64,000 bases of DNA from Bacteroidales bacterium (GTDB taxonomy: Bacteria; Bacteroidota; Bacteroidia; Bacteroidales; GCA-2748055). Location: the NCBI GenBank assembly GCA_030589895.1, contig JAUUZQ010000004.1:2951-66950 (forward strand), read 5' to 3'. The position numbers and the translations under genes were made by a program. Positions 27,476 through 37,383 of the stretch are shown here, piece after piece. Under the pieces are notes generated by a model, which saw nothing but the letters and a program-made list of their open reading frames with translations, ran no database searches and was not told the origin of the DNA. Positions within the stretch are counted from its first letter, which is position 1; every line of letters begins with the position of its first letter.

Positions 27476-27949
27476 TTAGTTAAGCAGACCTGATATTAAC
27501 TCAGAATGAAGACCTGTCTTTTTTTCTATTTTCTTTATATCCATTCCGCCATCATGCATACGGTTTACAAAACATTTCATAGATTCCCCAATTTCAACAA
27601 GATTACCTTCCGGATCATAGAAACGAATCGTATACTGACCCCACTCCTCCTCTTCAACATTGTGTAGTATACGACAATCACTCAATATAACCTTCTCCAC
27701 AGAGTCTTCGAAATGATCCGTTTCAAAACACAATTCAAGATTGCGATTCCCGATATGCTCATAAGTATATCCCAGCTCCTTTGCAATAGGAAAGCTATCG
27801 TCTAATTGCCACAATGAAAACTTACTTTTAAACATGATACATTTCCCAATATCATTTGCCACTTCTTGATTCAGAAAAATCTCATAAAACTCGCGTTGCT
27901 TCTGCAAATTATTGCAAAAAAGAACTGAAGAATGAAATTGAAGGTCCAT
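27476..27949 (-). CDS. VOC/glyoxalase-family protein
   Basis: The YTIRFYDPEGNLVEIGE C-terminal beta-strand block and overall beta-alpha-beta pattern are typical of the glyoxalase/bleomycin-resistance fold. Confidence 0.65.
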   Translation of the reverse strand: MDLQFHSSVLFCNNLQKQREFYEIFLNQEVANDIGKCIMFKSKFSLWQLDDSFPIAKELGYTYEHIGNRNLELCFETDHFEDSVEKVILSDCRILHNVEEEEWGQYTIRFYDPEGNLVEIGESMKCFVNRMHDGGMDIKKIEKKTGLHSELISGLLN

Positions 27950-28280
27950 ATTATAAGTGTTTGAGATTTAGGGTTCGGTGTTTAGTGCTCGGTATCCGGG
28001 GTCTGTAAAAAATGTTTGACAAATCCTTCATATAAAAAATGCCATCCTATTGCAACTCTCAGGATGCTTAGTAATGCCATAGGGGTTTTCTTCTGCGATA
28101 AAGAATTATTCATAAGAATAAATATTTTTGCTTAACCAGCTAACTGCAATTTACAATATTTTAACGAAATGTTTTTTGAAAATTTTGATATCTGCTGAAT
28201 TGAAAAACGCTCTACCCTTACGATCATGAGATAGCATCTCAAGGTTTATCTTACACTCATAGTTCAAAACAAAGCGGATG

Positions 28281-28313
28281 TAAAAAAGAGATTAGGATTA
28301 TCTCCTAATCTCT
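28281..28313 (-). terminator. Rho-independent terminator downstream of the tRNA
   Basis: AGAGATTAGGA / TCCTAATCTCT 11-bp stem with a 5-nt loop, followed on the minus strand by T6. Confidence 0.65.
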
Positions 28314-28324
28314 TGATTTACAAG

Positions 28325-28398
28325 TGATTCCGCCGCGATTCGAACGCGGGACCTACAGCTTAGAAGGCTGTTGCTCTATCCAGCTGAGCTACGGAACC
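28325..28398 (-). tRNA. tRNA-Arg (anticodon TCT)
   Basis: The reverse complement GGTTCCGTAGCTCAGCTGGATAGAGCAACAGCCTTCTAAGCTGTAGGTCCCGCGTTCGAATCGCGGCGGAATCA folds as a cloverleaf. It has a 7-bp acceptor stem with one G-U pair, anticodon loop CTTCTAA and T-loop TTCGAAT. No CCA is encoded. Confidence 0.9.
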
Positions 28399-28443
28399 CT
28401 TACACCTTTCTGCACTTGCATGCAAGCTTTTTAAAATGCGTTG

Positions 28444-28451
28444 CAAATATA
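28444..28451 (-). promoter_or_regulatory. Candidate -7 box TATATTTG for the tRNA gene
   Basis: Plus strand reads caaatata, 46 nt upstream of the tRNA 5' end. Confidence 0.35.
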
Positions 28452-28597
28452 GTAATTTTTCCTGATTGAAGAAGTTGAATTTGAAAGTGTAATTTTAATG
28501 CTTAAATCTACACTTACACCTTCCGTATCCATAGTATACAGTTTTAAGTATGAGGCAAATGAACAGTAATATTTTTGTTCTTTCAGGAAATATAATG

Positions 28598-30364
28598 CTA
28601 TCCCAACATCCAATTCACCAGGCCCTTCTTCTCAATAATCTCCATAAGTTTTTCTGGAAGTGCCTGAAAAGTATAAGTGTGGTCTCCTACTCTAAGTTTT
28701 CCAGCTGGAAAATCGAGCATCACAAAGTCCCCTGATTTGTATGCTGAAACAGCTTCAGGATGGACAATAACCGGTAGTCCCTGGTTTATTGCAGAACGGA
28801 AGAAGATGCGATTTACAGACTTCACAATCACTGCCTTTACGCCGGCATGAGCCAATCCAACAGAAGGATGCTCTCTGGAACTTCCACATCCAAAATTCTC
28901 TCCTCCCATAAGAATATCTCCATTTTCAACACGCTCTGCAAAATTAGGATCAAACTCATTAAAGAGATGCTTTAATATTTCGCTTGGATCAGAGCTTAGT
29001 ATTTTGTAGGTAAGATGACCAGGAAACATCTGGTCAGTATTCAGATTATCGGCATCAGCGTAATTCCACACTTTACCAAACTTACGATTCTCCTTTGGAT
29101 CGATAGTCAGGGTAAGAGATTGCTTGCGCTTAAATGGAAATCTCTCAGCACCATGCACTTTTCGGGGATCCCTGATCTTCCCATGTAATGCACTAATTGC
29201 TACAGATGCCGGAGAAGCCAGATAAATTTCAGACTCTTTATTTCCCATGCGTCCAAGAAAATTTCTATTTGCTGTGGAGATAATGCGTGTTCCATCCGCA
29301 GGAATACCCTGTCCTGTACCCAAACAAGGACCACATGATGAGCTTAACACATTTGCACCAGCCTCCAAAAATATTGTGATCAGTCCCTCCTTAATGGCCT
29401 GAAGATATATTGCCTTTGATGCAGGAATTACCTGTAGCTGAAAATCTTTCTTAACTTTCTTGCCTTTAATAACCTTCGCTGCTTCACGCAAATCTTCTAT
29501 TCTTCCATTTGTACAGGTCCCGATCAATCCCTGATGAACATCCAAACCGGAAACCTCTGCAAGTGCCATCACATTATCAACATTATGAGGTGCTGCTACC
29601 AGCGGATATACTTCATTCAGATCAATATTCAGTTCACGACAATATTTCGCATCCTTATCTGCCCATGTCTCCCTGGTAGGTTTAGCTAAAAACTCCAAAA
29701 GAATTTCGTCTAATGGGAAAACCGCATTTTTTGCTCCCATTTCAGAGGCCAGATTGGCCAGTGTCATTCGATCAGAGATATTCAGATTTTTCAACCCGGG
29801 ACCGTGATATTCAATTGAATTATAATTGGCTCCGGCAGATCCTAAAATTCCAATGATCCATAGGGAAAGATCCTTTGCATAAACTCCCTTATTTAAACTT
29901 CCACTAAGTGTTATTTTAATAGTCTCAGGTACCATGAACCAGGTCTCGCCTTTTTTCCATATCCCTGCTGTCTCGGTCCTGTCAATGCCTGCAGCCATCG
30001 CATTAAATGCCCCGGCAGTACAAGTATGACTATCACTACCAACAATTACCATTCCCGGTTTCGCATGATTTGCCATTATCTGGTGACAAATACCATCACC
30101 GGCATCATAAAATTTTTTAATTTTTTGTTCGTCAACAAATTCCCTTATAAGCTTATAATTTGTGGCACCACCGGCTGTAGTTGGGGGTGCATTATGGTCA
30201 AGCACTACCAATAATTGCGAGGGATTAAACACCCTCTCCCCTCCCATCTTCTGAAATGTCTTTGCAATACTAAGGGTATTGTCATGCGTAAGCACAATAT
30301 CGGGAGAGCGGAATACGATGGTGCCTGCTGGCGCACCGAAAATTTTTTCAACAAATGTTGGCAT
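28598..30364 (-). CDS. Aconitase-family hydro-lyase, fused large (LeuC-like) and small (LeuD-like) domains
   Basis: GSDSHT, GTCTNGR and SCGPCLG cluster ligands, then the C-terminal swivel domain GENFGCGSSREHP; 588 aa. Confidence 0.85.
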   Translation of the reverse strand: MPTFVEKIFGAPAGTIVFRSPDIVLTHDNTLSIAKTFQKMGGERVFNPSQLLVVLDHNAPPTTAGGATNYKLIREFVDEQKIKKFYDAGDGICHQIMANHAKPGMVIVGSDSHTCTAGAFNAMAAGIDRTETAGIWKKGETWFMVPETIKITLSGSLNKGVYAKDLSLWIIGILGSAGANYNSIEYHGPGLKNLNISDRMTLANLASEMGAKNAVFPLDEILLEFLAKPTRETWADKDAKYCRELNIDLNEVYPLVAAPHNVDNVMALAEVSGLDVHQGLIGTCTNGRIEDLREAAKVIKGKKVKKDFQLQVIPASKAIYLQAIKEGLITIFLEAGANVLSSSCGPCLGTGQGIPADGTRIISTANRNFLGRMGNKESEIYLASPASVAISALHGKIRDPRKVHGAERFPFKRKQSLTLTIDPKENRKFGKVWNYADADNLNTDQMFPGHLTYKILSSDPSEILKHLFNEFDPNFAERVENGDILMGGENFGCGSSREHPSVGLAHAGVKAVIVKSVNRIFFRSAINQGLPVIVHPEAVSAYKSGDFVMLDFPAGKLRVGDHTYTFQALPEKLMEIIEKKGLVNWMLG

Positions 30365-30380
30365 AAATTAAGAGTTTAAA

Positions 30381-30422
30381 GTTTTGAGTTCAAGGTTTTG
30401 AGTTCAAAGTTTTGAGTTCAAG
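30381..30422. repeat. 14-mer tandem repeat GTTTTGAGTTCAAR x3, followed by GTTCAGAG
   Basis: Read directly in the 98-bp spacer between asnA and the downstream aconitase-family gene. Confidence 0.85.
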
Positions 30423-30462
30423 GTTCAGAGCAAAAACTCAGAATTAGTTTTTGTCCTTTTCC

Positions 30463-31497
30463 TTATATCAGATGAATATTACACTTCTTGCAGTGATCCA
30501 CCATTTCACCGGGCCAGATGGCCGATTGGATTTCTCCAATATGTGCTTTGTGAAGAAACAACATGCCTGTTCTGGATTGACCAATTCCACCTCCAATGGC
30601 AGATGGCAATTCATTATCGATAAGTCGCCTGTGAAACAACAGCTCTGCCCTGTCCATATCTCCGGATAATTCCAACTGATGAAGCAACTGCTTGCTATCG
30701 ACCCTGATGCCCATAGAGGTAAGTTCGAAAGCACATTTTAATATACTATTCCACACAACTATATCTCCATTCAATCCTTTAAATCCCTTCTCTGTTTCTG
30801 TTGTCCAGTCATCATAGTCAGGTGCTCTTTTGTCATGTGGCTTACCATCCGGCAAATCGGCCCCAATTCCAATAATAAAAACTGCACCATATTTTTCTGC
30901 AATCTTATCTTCTCTGTCTTTACAGCTAAGTTCCGGGTATTTTTCATACAACTCCTCAGCATGTATAAATGTTATATTTTCAGGTAGCTGAGGATTAAGA
31001 CTTGAATGCATCGAATAGACATTGTACTCAGTACGTCGAAATGTAGCATATATCTGTTTTACAGTCTCTTTCAGGTATTTTAGATTCTTCTCTTTTTCAG
31101 TAATAACACGCTCCCAGTCCCACTGATCCACATAAACACTATGAAGATTGTCAAGTTCCTCATCAGGACGCAGGGCATTCATATCTGTATAAATACCATG
31201 ACCAATTTTTATATCATAATCGCGCAGCATCATGCGCTTCCACTTTGCCAAAGACTGAACCACTTCAGCCTGTTGATCGCGCATATCTGTAATTTTAAAT
31301 GATACAGGTCGTTCAACACCGGATAGACTATCATTAAGACCCGTGCTGTTCAAAACAAACAGTGGCGCAGTAACTCTTTGCAACCTCAGTTCTGATGCAA
31401 GACCATCTTCAAAATGTTCTTTTAGCATCTTAATAGTCATTTCAGTCTCTTTCAATCCAAGTATCGGATCATAGCTTTCTGGAATAATTAGTCTCAT
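30463..31497 (-). CDS. asnA: Aspartate-ammonia ligase (asparagine synthetase A)
   Basis: 344 aa; AsnA blocks LQRVTAPLFV, DNLHSVYVDQWDWE and GGGIGQSR. Confidence 0.9.
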   Translation of the reverse strand: MRLIIPESYDPILGLKETEMTIKMLKEHFEDGLASELRLQRVTAPLFVLNSTGLNDSLSGVERPVSFKITDMRDQQAEVVQSLAKWKRMMLRDYDIKIGHGIYTDMNALRPDEELDNLHSVYVDQWDWERVITEKEKNLKYLKETVKQIYATFRRTEYNVYSMHSSLNPQLPENITFIHAEELYEKYPELSCKDREDKIAEKYGAVFIIGIGADLPDGKPHDKRAPDYDDWTTETEKGFKGLNGDIVVWNSILKCAFELTSMGIRVDSKQLLHQLELSGDMDRAELLFHRRLIDNELPSAIGGGIGQSRTGMLFLHKAHIGEIQSAIWPGEMVDHCKKCNIHLI

Positions 31498-31600
31498 GCT
31501 TTATTTTTTTATTCGGTTGCTGAATTAAAATTTTAGTCCTGCAAAATGCTCTTACGTACCTTTCTTTACACTATGCACTTCGATTTAAATATCTTTCGTG

Positions 31601-33403
31601 CTAAAACAATCCGTTATTGCTATAAATCTCCATTTGTACTTCAGAAAACTGCTCTGCCTGAATAGTCTCTTTTCCCGTCACACTATCTATCAGACCAGTC
31701 TCGAGATTGATATTTATTTCATCACCTGTTTTCAACTTAAGATCAGATATATCTTTGCATGCAATTATCGGGAATGCTGCATTAATTGCATTTCGCTCAT
31801 AGATGGCACCAAAAGATTTTGCCACAATTGCAGTAATTCCCAACGCTTTAAAACAATCAACCGCCTGCTGACGTGAGCTTCCTGCACCAAAATTTTTACC
31901 GGTAATAACGATATCTCCTGCCTTGGCCTCCTTTGCAAAGTTTTCATATCCAGCCAGATTTCCAAAAGTATACTGTCCCATTTCCTCTGGCTTAGTGATC
32001 GTTAAATGACGGTTATGAAAAATCATATCAGTATCGATATCATCTTCCGGAATGATCCATACCCTGCCTTTTATAAGCGTTGGTTTGTTTTCCTGCTCTT
32101 TTACAACTCTCTTTTTTACTTCCCTGCTAACTATCTCAATAGGTCGGGTAGGAATTTTTTCAGGAATATTGTCAGGAGAAACAATAAACCCAGCAATAGC
32201 TGAAGCTGCAACAACTTCAGGTGAAGCCAGGTACACATCTCCTTGCCCCTGTTTACCCGGGAAATTTCGATTTCCGGTACTTATTGATATTTCACCAACA
32301 CCATTTTGACCAACCTGACCAGCGGCACATCCCGCACACCCGGCATTTGAAATCAACGCACCTGCATCTTTTAATATTTCAATATACCCCTCTTCAAGTG
32401 CTTTTTCCCATACCTTATTTGTTGCAGGTACAATTTTCAACACAACTCCGGGAGCAACTTTTTTACCTTTTAATATACAAGCGGCTGATGCCAGGTCAGG
32501 TAATCTACCATTGGTGCAGCTCCCAATAAATGCTGAATCAATCCAAATCTTTTCCTTTGGTAACTCAATTGTATCATGAGGTTTACCGGGTCTTGAAATT
32601 AACTTTTTAAATTCTGAAATGTCTACTTCCTCTTCCAGATCATATATCGCATCTGAATCAGCATAAACCGGACTGATCTTTTTCTTTGCTCTCGATTCGC
32701 AATACCGTAGTACTTCCTGATTGGGTGGAAACAGAAGTATAATTGCTCCCATCTCTGTTGCCATTGATGAGATCGTTATTCTTTCATCCAATCCCATTCG
32801 ATCAACTGCCTCTCCATACATTTCAATTGAATAACCCAAAAGTGTGCTGGCACCAAATCTTGCCAGAAGATTTAATGCAATATCTTTTGCTGTAATATGC
32901 GGAGGACGCTCTCCCGTAAAAGTGATCCTGGCAGATGGTGGTGTTTTAAACCATACTTTGCCTTTGCCCCATGCTGCTGCAATATCCTTGTCCCCCATGC
33001 CTTGTCCAAATGCACCTACAGCACCCAGTATATTAGCATGAGAATCTGTCGATACTGCGGTTGAACCAGAATAAGAAAGTCCCTCTTCAATCAGAATATG
33101 CGTTCCAATTCCTTTGTCAATATCATATACTTTAATACCATGTTCTCTCGCAAATAGTCTGCAAAGATGCTGATTTGCAGCATACTTCTGATCAGAACCG
33201 GTTGGATTACAATCAAAAGTAAATAAGGTTTTCTCAGGGTCCTCAATAATCAGATCATAGTCCCTGATATTCTTTACTACATTCGCTCCTCCAAAATCTC
33301 TGGCTACGCGTGCATCGATAATTACATCTACAATATCACCAGGTTTCACAGATGTTTTATTGCTATGCAATACTAAGATTCGCTCTATAATTGTCATCCC
33401 CAT
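31601..33403 (-). CDS. Aconitase-family hydro-lyase, second fused LeuC-like plus LeuD-like protein (divergent paralog)
   Basis: STDSHAN, GSCTNGR and GCAGCAG cluster ligands, then the C-terminal GKNFGAGSSRQQA swivel domain; 600 aa. By eye it is only distantly similar to 28598..30364. Confidence 0.85.
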   Translation of the reverse strand: MGMTIIERILVLHSNKTSVKPGDIVDVIIDARVARDFGGANVVKNIRDYDLIIEDPEKTLFTFDCNPTGSDQKYAANQHLCRLFAREHGIKVYDIDKGIGTHILIEEGLSYSGSTAVSTDSHANILGAVGAFGQGMGDKDIAAAWGKGKVWFKTPPSARITFTGERPPHITAKDIALNLLARFGASTLLGYSIEMYGEAVDRMGLDERITISSMATEMGAIILLFPPNQEVLRYCESRAKKKISPVYADSDAIYDLEEEVDISEFKKLISRPGKPHDTIELPKEKIWIDSAFIGSCTNGRLPDLASAACILKGKKVAPGVVLKIVPATNKVWEKALEEGYIEILKDAGALISNAGCAGCAAGQVGQNGVGEISISTGNRNFPGKQGQGDVYLASPEVVAASAIAGFIVSPDNIPEKIPTRPIEIVSREVKKRVVKEQENKPTLIKGRVWIIPEDDIDTDMIFHNRHLTITKPEEMGQYTFGNLAGYENFAKEAKAGDIVITGKNFGAGSSRQQAVDCFKALGITAIVAKSFGAIYERNAINAAFPIIACKDISDLKLKTGDEININLETGLIDSVTGKETIQAEQFSEVQMEIYSNNGLF

Positions 33404-33550
33404 TTATAATTTTTTTATGAAGTAAAGATACGTACTGGATTTTCTTATAAAATGTATTTTACAGCAGGTGGAAGGGTGAGTTGGTCCCGATGGCTATCGG
33501 GAGGGAGCTATGGTACAAGATGGAGGCATTTGGGTATTATTCTTAGCTTT

Positions 33551-34777
33551 ATGCGGCAAACTAAAACATGCATGGCTCTACACCCGAATATCCCACGTCT
33601 TTACCTGATTAAAATTGCGAAATGGTTTATGCTATACATGCCTATCGTGATTCCTTTCTATGAGAGTAATGATCTTAGTATGAAGGATATCATGATATTA
33701 CAAGCAGTATATTCAATTGCGATTGTATTGCTCGAAATTCCATCTGGATACATGGCAGATATCTGGGGAAGAAAAAAAACTTTGATTCTTGGTGCAATTA
33801 TGGGGGTCGTGGGATTTTCAACCTATAGCATAAGTCATGGTTTCACAGGATTTCTTATTGCAGAGATTATCCTTGGGATTGGACAAAGTTGTGTTTCAGG
33901 AGCAGATTCAGCCATGCTTTATGATTCCATGCTGGAAGTGAAACAGGAAAAGCAATATAGCCGTTATGAAGGAAGAATTACATCTTTAGGGAATTTTGCA
34001 GAGGCTCTTGCCGCAATCCTGGGAGGAATATTAGCCAGCATTACACTTAGAACACCTTATATAGCACAGTCGCTTGTTGCTCTTATTGCTGTTCCTGCCG
34101 CGCTTACACTTCGTGAACCTGTCAGACATATAAAACTAATTAACACTGGATTTATTGAGGTACTCCGAATTGCCAGGTTTTCATTATTTGAAAATCGTGA
34201 ACTGAGAAGAAATATACTGTTTTCTGCATTTACCGGAGCTGCTACATTGACAATGGCCTGGTTTGTTCAGCCATTTTTCCAGTCGGAAGATATTGAGATC
34301 AGATGGTTTGGTTTTCTATGGGCAGCGCTGAACCTTATAGTTGCAATAGCATCATTTATGGCCTACAGGATTGAGAAACTAATTGGTCAGCAATCTTCAA
34401 TTATAATTATTGCGCTTGCCATTCCAATCGGATATATTGCCTTATCTCAATCCGGATTAATAATTGGTCTGCTGGTACTGGTAGTGTTTCACTTTGTCAG
34501 AGGTTTTGCAACACCCATATTAAAGGACTATATCAACAGGATTACAGGCTCTGAGGTTAGGGCAACAGTGCTTTCTGTCAGGAATTTTATCATACGTATA
34601 AATTTCTCACTTATCGGACCACTGATAGGCTGGGCAAAGGATGTTTATTCACTTTCAACAGCTCTTTTGATCGCCGGATCAACATTTATTTTTCTTACAG
34701 TTGGAACAGGATTGCTATTTATTGCATCAAAAGGAAAGATGAATGACAAGACAAATTACATCTCTAAAACAAGTTGA
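33551..34777 (+). CDS. MFS transporter
   Basis: 12 predicted TM; MADIWGRKKT loop motif. The start is uncertain (ATG 33551 or 33572). The ORF-track N-terminus from 33452 runs through a G-rich repeat-like spacer. Confidence 0.8.
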   Translation: MRQTKTCMALHPNIPRLYLIKIAKWFMLYMPIVIPFYESNDLSMKDIMILQAVYSIAIVLLEIPSGYMADIWGRKKTLILGAIMGVVGFSTYSISHGFTGFLIAEIILGIGQSCVSGADSAMLYDSMLEVKQEKQYSRYEGRITSLGNFAEALAAILGGILASITLRTPYIAQSLVALIAVPAALTLREPVRHIKLINTGFIEVLRIARFSLFENRELRRNILFSAFTGAATLTMAWFVQPFFQSEDIEIRWFGFLWAALNLIVAIASFMAYRIEKLIGQQSSIIIIALAIPIGYIALSQSGLIIGLLVLVVFHFVRGFATPILKDYINRITGSEVRATVLSVRNFIIRINFSLIGPLIGWAKDVYSLSTALLIAGSTFIFLTVGTGLLFIASKGKMNDKTNYISKTS

Positions 34778-35517
34778 TCATGGGCTGGAAAAATGTAAGC
34801 CGGAAGTTCAGTTCTAAATTCGGCTTGCAATCCCAACTGATGTGAAATATGTGTCAAATAAGCAGATTCAGGTTTCAATTCCTCGATAATCTTTATCGCC
34901 TCCGAAACACTGAAATGAGAAATATGCTTCTCTCTTCGCAGTGCACCAATGACAAGATGTTTAAGTCCAAAAAGTTTGTGCTTCTGATCATCCGGTAGGT
35001 AATTGGCATCAATTAAATATGCAAAATCCTTAATACGATAACCCAGAACCGGCATTTTATAATGATGCATTCTTATGGGTATAAACTCCAGTGCCTCAAT
35101 GAAAAATTTCTCAGTATTAATCATATGCAGCTTAATGTCAGGTACACCCGGATACCTGTTTTCTGCAAAAATATAAGGAAAAGAAGTTCTAAATGATTCC
35201 AGAACCAGCTCCTCAGCAAACACATCCATTGGACTTTTAGTCAGCCAGTTAAAAGAACGTACATCATCAAGACCAGCAATATGATCCCGATGTCCGTGTG
35301 TAAATAGAAGAGCAGAAAGTTTCCTTACATCTTCCCGAAGCATTTGTTGTCGAAAATCGGGACCTGTATCAATAACCACCTTCGTATCACCTTCCTCAAT
35401 AAGAATAGAAGAGCGCAGTCTCTTGTCCCAATTATCATTTGATAAACAAGCCCGACACTGACATGCAATTACCGGAACACCCTGAGAGGTTCCTGTTCCT
35501 AGAAATGTTACTTTCAA
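34756..35517 (-). CDS. MBL-fold metallo-hydrolase
   Basis: HGHRDH metal motif; MKVTFLGTGTSQGVP N-terminus. TTG start at 35517. The 3' end overlaps the convergent MFS gene by 22 nt. Confidence 0.85.
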   Translation of the reverse strand: MKVTFLGTGTSQGVPVIACQCRACLSNDNWDKRLRSSILIEEGDTKVVIDTGPDFRQQMLREDVRKLSALLFTHGHRDHIAGLDDVRSFNWLTKSPMDVFAEELVLESFRTSFPYIFAENRYPGVPDIKLHMINTEKFFIEALEFIPIRMHHYKMPVLGYRIKDFAYLIDANYLPDDQKHKLFGLKHLVIGALRREKHISHFSVSEAIKIIEELKPESAYLTHISHQLGLQAEFRTELPAYIFPAHDQLVLEM

Positions 35518-35611
35518 AATATTCTCTTCTGCTTTGTTTCGTCTAATTTAATTATTTTAGTCAGAAGGAACAGTAAATTCAATCAACTTAATTAATTTTA
35601 TAAAAAAACTG

Positions 35612-36316
35612 ATGGCCGGAACACTCTATCTTATTCCAAACACTTTGGGAAACAGCGATCCTGATACATTTCTTCCTTCAAAAATCAAGGACTTCATTCC
35701 GTCAATAAAATTTTTGATTGTAGAAAATATAAGAAATGCGAGAAGATATCTTAAAAGTATCGATCAGGATATTGATATTGATAGTATCACTTTTTTCGAA
35801 TTAAATAAGCATACCAAACAGTCTGATATTAACGGATTCCTTGATCCTCTTATTAATGGTAATGATACCGGAATTCTCTCTGAAGCTGGTGTGCCGGGCG
35901 TTGCAGATCCGGGTGCAGAAGTTGTAAGATTTGCTCATCAGAGAGGAATCAAAGTGGTGCCATGGACAGGCCCGTCATCCATACTTATGTCCTTAATGGC
36001 ATCTGGCTTAAACGGACAGGCATTCAGATTTCTTGGTTATCTTCCTGTAAAGGGACATGCAAGAGTTCAAGCCATCAGGCAATTGGAAAACAAAGCTATC
36101 AGGGAGAAAGAGACACAGATTTTCATCGAAACACCTTATAGAAATGATCAGATGATGAATGACATACTCTCTACTTGTCAACCCGGCACATTGCTAACGG
36201 TTGCCGTCGACCTTACAACAGAAACAGAATCTGTCAGGACCCGAACTATAGCTGAATGGAAAAAGAAAAAGCCGGAGCTACACAAGCGTCCGGCTGTATT
36301 TTTATTGGGTAATTAA
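35612..36316 (+). CDS. SAM-dependent tetrapyrrole-methylase-fold methyltransferase (RsmI-like family)
   Basis: LYLIPNTLGN N-terminus and GILSEAGVPGVADPG motif typical of the TP_methylase fold. Confidence 0.75.
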   Translation: MAGTLYLIPNTLGNSDPDTFLPSKIKDFIPSIKFLIVENIRNARRYLKSIDQDIDIDSITFFELNKHTKQSDINGFLDPLINGNDTGILSEAGVPGVADPGAEVVRFAHQRGIKVVPWTGPSSILMSLMASGLNGQAFRFLGYLPVKGHARVQAIRQLENKAIREKETQIFIETPYRNDQMMNDILSTCQPGTLLTVAVDLTTETESVRTRTIAEWKKKKPELHKRPAVFLLGN

Positions 36317-36317
36317 A

Positions 36318-37301
36318 CTATTCCTCCTCTTCTTCTTCTATCACTTTATCTTCTATCACTTTATCTGCCACCTCAATATCAAACAGAAGGGCTTCAAACG
36401 GAGGAATGGAATACATAGTTGATCCGGAAATTACATTTCCCTCTTCACCGTATCCAAGAGGATGAGGAATGAGAAGCTTTCCTTTTCCACCATAATTAAA
36501 ATACTGCAGGCCAATTTCCCACCCGCTAATAACAGACTCCTCTCCAATAGTAACATCAAAACCAGATGATGAGCCCACATTTGTATCAAATACTCTGTCA
36601 TCCAGCAGTTGACCAGTATAAAAGACTTCCAATACAGATTCTACTCCAATGGTATCACCATCGCCAATAGTCTCAGGAATATAATACATGTACGTTTCTG
36701 TTACATCATCAAAGATTGTCACATAATCTCCAATTGAATCCAGATAAACCATGATCTGATCAAACTCTCTTGCTGAAGCGTCTTTAATAACTTCAATTAA
36801 CTGAACGTCATACATCATTGATTCATGACCACTTACCTTGCCTCCATTTCCATCTACACCATAGCCCAGATCACTTTTAAATAACAATCTGGAAATTCCA
36901 CCCTCTTTCATCATTGACAAGCCCTGTTGCAATCCTTCAACTTCTGAACTAAGAAGAGACTTATACGGTCCATAAAGAGCTCCTGATATGTATATATTAT
37001 GATCAGTTGCCCAATCTTCGCTGTATGTTTCTACAACTTCTTCATTAGGAACTGTATAAGCAACATAATTTATCAATACGTAATCCCCTGTATCCGGAGA
37101 CAATCCTTCACCTACAACATATTCGTCAAAATATAAACCATCTGTAGTGGGTGTAAGATCTGAATAGTTAGCTGCAATATAGAGATCAAAATATCTCTGC
37201 TCCTGTTGTTCCAATACTGTATAATCAACTTCTTCGTCGCAAGCTGTCACCATAAAAATGGCCAATACTATTGCTGTTGTTACTGAAATAATTCTCTTCA
37301 T
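36318..37301 (-). CDS. FKBP-type peptidyl-prolyl isomerase lipoprotein with acidic C-terminal tail
   Basis: ATG 37301 gives MKRIISVTTAIVLAIFMVTAC (lipobox); FKBP_C block VISGWEIGLQYFNYGGKGKLLIPHPLGYG; tail EEEEE. Confidence 0.8.
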   Translation of the reverse strand: MKRIISVTTAIVLAIFMVTACDEEVDYTVLEQQEQRYFDLYIAANYSDLTPTTDGLYFDEYVVGEGLSPDTGDYVLINYVAYTVPNEEVVETYSEDWATDHNIYISGALYGPYKSLLSSEVEGLQQGLSMMKEGGISRLLFKSDLGYGVDGNGGKVSGHESMMYDVQLIEVIKDASAREFDQIMVYLDSIGDYVTIFDDVTETYMYYIPETIGDGDTIGVESVLEVFYTGQLLDDRVFDTNVGSSSGFDVTIGEESVISGWEIGLQYFNYGGKGKLLIPHPLGYGEEGNVISGSTMYSIPPFEALLFDIEVADKVIEDKVIEEEEEE

Positions 37302-37383
37302 TTTATTCACTTTTCAAAAAATCTTTGCAAATCTACATAATTATTCGAAGATGCTGCTTTTTCAACACTATGTTCTGCTAAAA

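Noticed and set aside
27950-28597. Integrated mobile element or genomic island at tRNA-Arg
   Set aside because: There is no integrase, transposase or phage gene on either side. I saw no duplicated copy of the tRNA 3' end in the flanking 375-bp and 199-bp non-coding regions. The flanking genes are ordinary metabolic genes.
33452-33550. G-rich segment (GGTGGAAGGGTGAGTTGGTCCCGATGGCTATCGGGAGGGAGC) as a possible small RNA or coding N-terminus
   Set aside because: It has no promoter/terminator pair and no match to housekeeping RNA cores (SRP, tmRNA, RNase P, 6S) that I can recognise. It resembles the other GC/purine-rich spacer words in this window, so I treat it as part of the repeat phenomenon.
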